Shown piece by piece: positions 57,889-64,000 of a stretch of 64,000 nt of DNA. The position numbers were made by a program, and so were the translations under genes. How positions within the stretch are numbered: position 1 is the stretch's first letter; each line of letters opens with the position of its first letter. Location of the stretch: contig CP175956.1 in assembly GCA_046116545.1 (NCBI GenBank), forward strand, positions 257,734 to 321,733, given 5' to 3'. The notes under the pieces are model-generated. The model was not told the origin of the DNA. It searched no databases and saw nothing but the letters and a program-made list of their open reading frames with translations. The DNA comes from Candidatus Moraniibacteriota bacterium (GTDB taxonomy: Bacteria; Patescibacteriota; Minisyncoccia; Moranbacterales; GCA-2747515).

Positions 57889-58434
57889 ATGCGTAGACGA
57901 TTTAGACGAAAACCAAAGAGAAGTTCCAGAGTTCCACAAATGCGTGCGAATGAACGTATTTTTGCTAAACAAGTTATCTTAATTGATCACAAAGGTGAAC
58001 ATATTGGTGAAATAGATACAAAAGAAGCTCTTGAAATGGCTCAAGAAGCAGGACTTGATCTCGTAGAAGTATCTCCCAAAGCAAAGCCTCCTGTATGTAA
58101 AATACTTGATTACGGTAAATTCCAATACACTCAAGCAAAGCAGCACCGCCAAAGCCAAGCAGCACAAAAAACTGTTAGCACAAAAGGTGTTCGTATCGGA
58201 CTTCGTACAGATACTCATGATTTAGAGTTCAAGAAAAAACAAGCTGAAAAATTCCTAGGTAAAGGAAATAAAGTAAAAATTGAAATAGTTTTAAGAGGCC
58301 GAGAAAAAGCGCATCAAGGATTAGCTAGAAAAAATATAACTGAATTCTTAGAAACACTAGAAATTCCATTTAGAACAGAAGAAGAAGTGAAGAAATTCCC
58401 TGGTGGTTTTAATACAATTATTGCACCAGAATAA
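57889..58434 (+). CDS. infC: translation initiation factor IF-3 (start codon uncertain)
   Basis: 181 aa in the track. The core KQVILIDHKGEHIGEIDTKEALEMAQEAGLDLVEV and C-terminal domain are present. The true start may be a non-ATG codon downstream of the track's first Met. Confidence 0.85.
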   Translation: MRRRFRRKPKRSSRVPQMRANERIFAKQVILIDHKGEHIGEIDTKEALEMAQEAGLDLVEVSPKAKPPVCKILDYGKFQYTQAKQHRQSQAAQKTVSTKGVRIGLRTDTHDLEFKKKQAEKFLGKGNKVKIEIVLRGREKAHQGLARKNITEFLETLEIPFRTEEEVKKFPGGFNTIIAPE

Positions 58435-58540
58435 CATTTGACAAAATACCCTATTTCATATAGAATTTACCAACAGTTATTGATTTTAACCAATTACACA
58501 ATTTTTTGATGTGATTGTATATTTATTTAGATAAAATATT

Positions 58541-58732
58541 ATGCCAAAGAGAAAAAGTAACCGAGCAATGATGAAAAAAATCAAGATTTCTAAAAACGGC
58601 AAAATAAAACGTCGTTCAACAGGTCAGAACCATTTCAATGGTAAAGAGTCTGGTAATACGACTCGAAGTAAAAGGAGTGATAAAAGACTTTTCAAGACAG
58701 ATGAAAAAAATGTTAGAAAAGCACTAGTTTAA
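58541..58732 (+). CDS. rpmI: 50S ribosomal protein L35
   Basis: 63 aa, MPKRKSNRAMMKKIKISKNGKIKRR.. Confidence 0.9.
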   Translation: MPKRKSNRAMMKKIKISKNGKIKRRSTGQNHFNGKESGNTTRSKRSDKRLFKTDEKNVRKALV

Positions 58733-58785
58733 TTATATTAATATCGTACGAACACATTGAAATGTGTTTCTACTAACTACTAAAT

Positions 58786-59130
58786 ATGGCAAGAGTAAAA
58801 CGAGGAGTTGCTGCAAGTAAACGCAGAAAGAATCTCCTAAAGCTTACAAAAGGTTTCAAATGGCGCAGAAGCACTCATTATCGTGCAGCTAAAGAAGCAG
58901 TTCTAAAAGCAGGTAAATATAAATACCGTGATAGAAGAACTAAAAAACGAACAATGCGTAATCTATGGGTATTGAGACTAAATAATGCACTGAAACTACA
59001 TGGAGAAAGATACTCAATATTTATCCACAAGATGAAAACAAAAAATGTTGACTTGGATAGAAAAGTATTGTCAGAACTAGCAATGGAAAATCCAAAAGCA
59101 TTTGAATTATTTGTAAAAGAAGTTAAATAA
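58786..59130 (+). CDS. rplT: 50S ribosomal protein L20
   Basis: 114 aa, MARVKRGVAASKRRKNLLKLTKGFKWRRS.. Confidence 0.95.
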   Translation: MARVKRGVAASKRRKNLLKLTKGFKWRRSTHYRAAKEAVLKAGKYKYRDRRTKKRTMRNLWVLRLNNALKLHGERYSIFIHKMKTKNVDLDRKVLSELAMENPKAFELFVKEVK

Positions 59131-59154
59131 TTCACACTACAAATTAGAAAAATT

Positions 59155-59187
59155 AACCATTCCTTCGAAGGGGTGGTTTTTTTACTA
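59155..59187 (+). terminator. rho-independent terminator after infC-rpmI-rplT
   Basis: Sequence AACCATTCCTTCgaAGGGGTGGTTTTTTT. Confidence 0.6.
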
Positions 59188-59188
59188 T

Positions 59189-59217
59189 TGACTTTCATAA
59201 AAAACCATGCTATAAAT
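59189..59217 (+). promoter_or_regulatory. sigma-70-type promoter (TTGACT - 16 nt - TATAAAT)
   Basis: Sequence TTGACTttcataaaaaaccatgcTATAAAT lies about 55 nt upstream of the ribosome-binding site GAAGGAGA and ATG of the 59274 ORF. Confidence 0.5.
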
Positions 59218-59273
59218 AACTTTCGTGCAAAAAAAAGAACTGTACTTTAACTTAATCATAGAAGGAGATAGAT

Positions 59274-59609
59274 ATGCATCCAATTGCGATGGAACAAAAG
59301 ACTGGATTTACTATACATGATATATCACGATATATTACTCAAGATCTTTCCGCTACTGAACACTTATTGAACGACGCTGGCGTAATCTTTCTTGACACAT
59401 CAAGTAAACAAGACGAGGTTGCATTGGCAGAAGAACTTCTTATAAAAAGTTTGGCGTCACAAAAAAAGACAATGCAATTTATTGCATATTGCCAGCTACG
59501 CAGAGCTAATGGCTCTGCAACAATGCATACACATAATGCACTACGTAGTTATCGCTCAAATCAAGCTAATCTCGCCGTGATCGAAGAAGCTAAACTCCTA
59601 TGGTTATAA
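59274..59609 (+). CDS. hypothetical protein
   Basis: 111 aa. It has a good ribosome-binding site, its own promoter and its own terminator. There are no recognisable motifs. Confidence 0.45.
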   Translation: MHPIAMEQKTGFTIHDISRYITQDLSATEHLLNDAGVIFLDTSSKQDEVALAEELLIKSLASQKKTMQFIAYCQLRRANGSATMHTHNALRSYRSNQANLAVIEEAKLLWL

Positions 59610-59615
59610 ATATCA

Positions 59616-59657
59616 AAAACCCCTGGTCAATAATTGACTAAGGGGTTTTATTTTTTG
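59616..59657 (+). terminator. rho-independent terminator
   Basis: Sequence AAAAACCCCTggtcaataattgactaAGGGGTTTTATTTTTT. Confidence 0.65.
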
Positions 59658-59809
59658 TCTTCATCATGTTTTGCAATGAGATCTCTAGTGAGTCGTATAA
59701 GTGCATGAAAAGGAAGCCAAATCCACAGCGTGCGTTCCAGCCACTTCCCCATCATCTGATTTATATTTGTATACTCTGAATTCGACATTTTTTTATAAAA
59801 ATTTAATAA

Positions 59810-60304
59810 CTATTTTTTTATATTGTCTATTAACTCATACATCGCTATTCCTGCTGCAACTGAAACATTTAATGATTTTTTATCTCCTCTCATAGGAATA
59901 TCTATCATTGTATCACAAAGTAATAAAGTATGCTCATCAATGCCTACTGGTTCATTACCAAGCACCAAGGCAATACTTTTATTTGTTTCAAATTTTTTGT
60001 AATTTATACTTTTGTCTCCTTGTTCCAAGGCAACAATTTGAACTCCTTCTTTTTTTAATTTATCTATAATATCATCAATTTTTTCATATCTATCCCATGA
60101 CACATATTCATGTGCTCCTAATGCTATCTTAATAAGCTTTCGCTCTGGCTTAGTTGTGTAAATTTGAGTACCGTCTGGTGGCGTTGGTGTATACCCAGTA
60201 AAATAAATGTGATCAACTCCAGCGCCATCCGCCGTACGAAAAATAGCACCCACGTTATGAGCACTTCGTATATTATGTAAAATTAAATAAAACTTTTTTT
60301 TCAT
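59810..60304 (-). CDS. SpoU-family RNA 2'-O-methyltransferase (TrmH/TrmL-like)
   Basis: 164 aa. It has SPOUT motifs LHNIRSAHNVGAIFRTADGAG and a C-terminal knot region (IPMRGDKKSLNVSVAAGIAMYEL). Confidence 0.75.
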   Translation of the reverse strand: MKKKFYLILHNIRSAHNVGAIFRTADGAGVDHIYFTGYTPTPPDGTQIYTTKPERKLIKIALGAHEYVSWDRYEKIDDIIDKLKKEGVQIVALEQGDKSINYKKFETNKSIALVLGNEPVGIDEHTLLLCDTMIDIPMRGDKKSLNVSVAAGIAMYELIDNIKK

Positions 60305-60370
60305 ATTGTTAGTTTGCGATTAAACTCAGAGCATACTATTATATATATAGTAAAACATTAAAGAAAAAAT

Positions 60371-60778
60371 ATGTCCACCCAAATTCAAGATCAAATAAAT
60401 AATAGTGAATTGACCACAGAAGACAAAGAAGATTTTATATTTTTTTTGAAAAATATATCCACTGAAGAATTAGAACAAATGACCGAAATGTTTAATAACA
60501 ATAGTTCTGAAATTGTTCCTTTCTGGATTACTCTAAAAGAAAAATTGATTTTTATGGAATTATTAGATGAAAATACTGATTTTTCTGATGAAGAAAAAAA
60601 TAATATTAAGCAACAAATTTCGGAAATGGGAGCTGAAGAATTTAGTATTTTCTTAGATACTATTGGAGAGATGACTGATGACGCTAATGTTGAAGAAAAA
60701 ATGAACTCACTATTAAAGCAAAGTAAAGAAATTAATGATGAACTATCATCATCAACCAAAAATCTAATCTCAGAATAA
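60371..60778 (+). CDS. acidic hypothetical protein
   Basis: 135 aa, E/D-rich, with no motifs. Confidence 0.35.
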   Translation: MSTQIQDQINNSELTTEDKEDFIFFLKNISTEELEQMTEMFNNNSSEIVPFWITLKEKLIFMELLDENTDFSDEEKNNIKQQISEMGAEEFSIFLDTIGEMTDDANVEEKMNSLLKQSKEINDELSSSTKNLISE

Positions 60779-60787
60779 AAAAATAAT

Positions 60788-61399
60788 ATGAATAATTTTG
60801 AAAATACGACTCAAGGTGCAGAGGTAACACATGAGCAAGTAGCTATTGAGACTGCACAATCAATGCGTGAAATTGATGAACTACAAATAACTGCTGAAGA
60901 ATCTTTACATGAAATGACTGATTATTTAGATGAACAAGAATCCCCACTAAATGAAGAAAAGGTTGGTATACTGAGATCTATTGGTGAAAAATTTAAGAAA
61001 AGTAAACTATTAAAAGCAGCCGCACTAGCTGTTACATTCATGAGTGTTCAAGGTACCACATCATCATTTGCTGAAAGTTATTCGGGACGCTTAACGCTTG
61101 ATAAGTCTCATCAATTAAATGTTGGTGAATCTGACTTCAATAACCCTAGTAAAATACGATTGCAAAATGTAAATCAACTGCGCCTACGTGCATTACAACC
61201 TGAACAACTGTCTATTAATGGTAAAAATGTACTTCTTGGACATATAAGTCACTTCTCAAGAAATACATTACCAAATGCAACTATAAATGGTGGACCAGCT
61301 TATGAAATAGCTCCTAACATCTATGGTGATAAAAATACAATCTATAGACAAACTTCAGGAGGTGGAACTGTTTTAGTAGGTGGAATACATATTGAATAA
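60788..61399 (+). CDS. hypothetical protein with internal hydrophobic segment
   Basis: 203 aa. An acidic N-terminal ~65 aa is followed by a single hydrophobic helix (LLKAAALAVTFMSVQGTTSSFA) and a C-terminal domain. Confidence 0.35.
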   Translation: MNNFENTTQGAEVTHEQVAIETAQSMREIDELQITAEESLHEMTDYLDEQESPLNEEKVGILRSIGEKFKKSKLLKAAALAVTFMSVQGTTSSFAESYSGRLTLDKSHQLNVGESDFNNPSKIRLQNVNQLRLRALQPEQLSINGKNVLLGHISHFSRNTLPNATINGGPAYEIAPNIYGDKNTIYRQTSGGGTVLVGGIHIE

Positions 61400-61466
61400 T
61401 TATATACAATTTGCAAAAAACAAAATCCAACATTTAATTAACTGAATGTTGGATTTTATTGTACTA

Positions 61467-62015
61467 TTATACTTTTAGATTTTTCAATTCTCTTCTAAGT
61501 TCTTTGTGATTTGGAATTGTTTTTTCAACAAGTTGCCAAAATTGTTTTGAATGATTCATCTGTGCTAAATGACAAAGTTCATGTACCACAACATAATCTC
61601 GAAGTTCATTTGAAATACACATTAACTTACAATTAAAATTAAGATTTCCATATGAAGAACAACTTCCCCATCTAGTTTTTTGATGTCTTATTGATACTCT
61701 ATTATATTTGAAATTATAGTATGAATTAAATTGCAAAAGCTTTGATTCTATAATTGGCCTGCAAGCTTTTTTCATATGTTTTACTACAGACTTATCGATT
61801 GTGATATTATTATTTTTATTTCCAATTTGAGCTATTATCCAATCACCATTTTTCACAAGTGCCTTCTCTATAAAAGATTTATTACACATCTTTGGAGCCG
61901 TAACAATAAGTGACCCATCTTGATGAATAATAAAATTAATTTGTCTTTGGTATTTTCGTTTTTTCAAAGTATACGAAATATTTTTATCATTTATTTTTAC
62001 AATATTTTGTAACAT
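61467..62015 (-). CDS. YgjP-like zinc metallohydrolase (DUF45/WLM, HExxH)
   Basis: 182 aa. The C-terminal YVVVHELCHLAQMNHSKQFW carries the HEXXH motif typical of the YgjP family. Confidence 0.6.
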   Translation of the reverse strand: MLQNIVKINDKNISYTLKKRKYQRQINFIIHQDGSLIVTAPKMCNKSFIEKALVKNGDWIIAQIGNKNNNITIDKSVVKHMKKACRPIIESKLLQFNSYYNFKYNRVSIRHQKTRWGSCSSYGNLNFNCKLMCISNELRDYVVVHELCHLAQMNHSKQFWQLVEKTIPNHKELRRELKNLKV

Positions 62016-62069
62016 AATTTTATGTATAAGCTATAGAAATATTCCCGCCTTCGCGGGAATGCCACGGGA

Positions 62070-62618
62070 TTAAAAAGCATAATGAAATCCACTCGCAATC
62101 AAAAAGAGTAATGTTATGTTTCCTATCCATAGAAAAGGAATTACCTTAATATATTTGAATTTCAGAACTCCTAATGTTACGACTAAAATGTCATTTGGGA
62201 TTGGTGCGAATGAGGCATATAGATATGTAAATAAATATACTCCCCACTTTGGTAGTTTTGAAACAAAATTAAGCATTTTATTATACAATTTATTATTACT
62301 CATCACATCTCCAGCACTCCGAGAAACAAAAAAGAATATACTGTCTCCTATTGCACCACCAGTTCCAGCAACGATACTTACAGTAAGTGGATCAAATCCC
62401 GCATTTATATAAGCAAGAAATGTAGCATAAAATGATGCTGATGTAAGAAATGATGTGCTAGATAATGCTGAAACTATAAAAAGTATTAGGTACATGTTTT
62501 TTATACCCATCGATTCCACAAGAACCTGAATGTCTACACTAAATAAAAATATAGCCCAAGCAATCAAAGCAATCGATGCAATTATTACTATTATTTTCTT
62601 TTTCTTGATTTTATCCAT
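62070..62618 (-). CDS. polytopic membrane protein (possible VTT/DedA-like)
   Basis: 182 aa with 4-5 hydrophobic helices. The start overlaps the dxs stop by 8 bp. Confidence 0.35.
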   Translation of the reverse strand: MDKIKKKKIIVIIASIALIAWAIFLFSVDIQVLVESMGIKNMYLILFIVSALSSTSFLTSASFYATFLAYINAGFDPLTVSIVAGTGGAIGDSIFFFVSRSAGDVMSNNKLYNKMLNFVSKLPKWGVYLFTYLYASFAPIPNDILVVTLGVLKFKYIKVIPFLWIGNITLLFLIASGFHYAF

Positions 62619-64000
62619 TTAATTGCTTTACGATAAATTTCTTAATCTTTTTTTCTGACAAGCCCACACTATCTAACACTTCTTCTCTTGAACCATGTAT
62701 AGTAAATTCATCTGGTAATCCTAGCATTTTTACTTTTACATCATATCCTTTATTCAAAATGTACTCACCGACTGCACTACCTGCGCCACCTGCAATAACA
62801 TTGTCTTCTACTGTTACAATGACATCATGTGTCTTAATCAGTTTATCTATCAATTTTCCATCAAGCGGTTTAATAAACCGCATATTTACCAATGTTATAT
62901 CAAACTCTCGGGCAACTCTCATACATCTCTCAACCATTGCCCCATACGCCAATATAGCAATTTTCTTACCTTTATTTAAAATTTGACCCTTACCTATCTT
63001 TACAATAATATTGTTTTTTTCTAATTGTTCGGATGCACCACCTCGAGGATATCTCAAAACTGTTGTCCCTTCAAAATCATACAAGACATCTAACATCTTT
63101 GCACTTTCTTTCAAGTCTGCTGGTGCTGCAATCACTACATTTGGAACACATCTCAAAAATGAAATATCAAAACTTCCGGCATGTGTTGCTCCATCAGGGC
63201 CAACTATACCAGCTCTATCAACCGCAAACATTATGTCCAATTTTTGTAAGGCAACATCATGTATAAACTGATCATATGCTCTTTGCAAAAAAGTTGAATA
63301 AATTGAAACTATTGGTTTTTTACCTTCACAGGCAAGTCCTGCTGCAAATGTAACAGCGTGTTGTTCTGCAATTCCTACATCATGATATCTCTTTGGATAT
63401 TTATCTCGAAATGCTTTCAAGCCAGAACCCTCACACATAGCAGGAGTTACTGCGTGAAGTTTCTTGTCATTACTAGATTTATCCATAATCCAATCAGCGA
63501 ATATATCTGTATATGTTTTATCTTTTTTCTTTTCATCTTGCTTCTTAGTTTGATTTTTGGTTTTTTTATCACATTCCATTTCAAATGGACTTACTGCATG
63601 AAGTGATGTTGCATCTTTTTTTGCATCTTCAAATCCTCTGCCTTTTTCAGTAATTACATGTAATAATTTTGGACCTTTGAAATCTTTTATATTATTCAAA
63701 ACACGTGACAAAGTCTCAACATCATGCCCATCAACTGGTCCAAAGTATTCAAATCCTAATTCCTCAAACAGATTTCCTGGTGTTAATATACCTTTTGCAG
63801 AAAGTTCAGCCTTGCGTGCAATCTCATGCATTATAGGTGCTTTTTTTGATAAAATATCTTTACTACCTCGTCTCAAATGTTGAAACTTTTTTGATGAAAC
63901 TAATCTTGTTAAATATTTATGCATTGCGCCCACATTTGGTGAAATCGACATTTCATTATCATTGAGTATTACCAATACATCAGATTTTATATCTCCGGCA
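62611..64000 (-). CDS. dxs: 1-deoxy-D-xylulose-5-phosphate synthase, C-terminal ~2/3 (gene continues past window end)
   Basis: The frame stays open upstream to position 64000 (..AGDIKSDVLVILNDNEMSISPNVGA matches the DXS TPP-binding-region motif). The track's M at 63975 is a TTG codon. Transketolase-like pyrimidine and C-terminal domains follow. Confidence 0.8.
   Translation of the reverse strand, partial: AGDIKSDVLVILNDNEMSISPNVGAMHKYLTRLVSSKKFQHLRRGSKDILSKKAPIMHEIARKAELSAKGILTPGNLFEELGFEYFGPVDGHDVETLSRVLNNIKDFKGPKLLHVITEKGRGFEDAKKDATSLHAVSPFEMECDKKTKNQTKKQDEKKKDKTYTDIFADWIMDKSSNDKKLHAVTPAMCEGSGLKAFRDKYPKRYHDVGIAEQHAVTFAAGLACEGKKPIVSIYSTFLQRAYDQFIHDVALQKLDIMFAVDRAGIVGPDGATHAGSFDISFLRCVPNVVIAAPADLKESAKMLDVLYDFEGTTVLRYPRGGASEQLEKNNIIVKIGKGQILNKGKKIAILAYGAMVERCMRVAREFDITLVNMRFIKPLDGKLIDKLIKTHDVIVTVEDNVIAGGAGSAVGEYILNKGYDVKVKMLGLPDEFTIHGSREEVLDSVGLSEKKIKKFIVKQLNG

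Noticed and set aside
62030-62062. Hairpin ATTCCCGCcttcGCGGGAAT between the YgjP-like gene and the downstream membrane-protein gene
   Set aside because: It is a GC-rich stem but with no adjacent T-run on either strand. It cannot be called a terminator with confidence.
1-64000. Alternative genetic code (UGA as sense, tables 4/25)
   Set aside because: TGG is used in-frame for conserved Trp, for example in the ZIP transporter. Large universal genes (rpoB, rpoC, purL, ftsK) are full length under the standard code without in-frame TGA.

Overview
This is an AT-rich, gene-dense bacterial window with mostly minus-strand genes, standard code and short intergenic regions. Its character is that of a small-genome, CPR/Patescibacteria-like organism (inference). 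The main blocks, by approximate coordinates, are as follows.

(1) 1-8.8 kb: a surface-glycan/glycosylation cluster. It holds UDP-xylose synthase, a Wzx-like flippase, four glycosyltransferases (GT2/GT4 families, including a GtrB-like polyprenyl-phosphate sugar synthase) and a large GT-C membrane transferase. Two type IV pilin genes bracket it, one of them truncated at the window start.

(2) 9-16.4 kb: a complete type IV pilus machinery operon, pilM-pilN-pilO-pilB-(CheY-like regulator)-pilT-pilC.

(3) 16.4-21 kb: recA, a RodZ-like HTH membrane protein and ftsK.

(4) 21-31 kb: a secreted tandem-repeat protein downstream of a sigma-70-family factor and putative membrane anti-sigma. This block also holds a divergent Fur/Zur-ZIP transporter pair, lipoproteins, a cytoplasmic ApbE flavin transferase with a small bis-His membrane protein, HAD hydrolases and pcm.

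(5) 31.3-35.3 kb: an accessory, cassette-like stretch. Single small genes are separated by four degenerate copies of a ~34-nt repeat plus terminator hairpin that resembles the 3' end and flank of the adjacent tRNA-Ser(GCU). This is the most unusual structure in the window.

(6) 35.2-37.4 kb: tRNA-Ser(GCU), tRNA-Arg(GCG) and tRNA-Ser(UGA).

(7) 37.4-40.1 kb: sufC, sufB and a short sufD.

(8) 40.9-48 kb: rpoC and rpoB.

(9) 48.3-54.2 kb: purM-like, large single-chain purL, and purN.

(10) 54.2-64 kb: a small zinc-ribbon ORF, a membrane-anchored thioredoxin/DsbA-like protein, a TsaB-like fragment, smpB, tmRNA, infC-rpmI-rplT, a SpoU methyltransferase, a YgjP-like metallohydrolase and the 3' part of dxs, which runs off the window end.

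No CRISPR array, rRNA, transposase or integrase was recognised. Every stop codon I inspected among track ORFs is TAA or TAG, none TGA.
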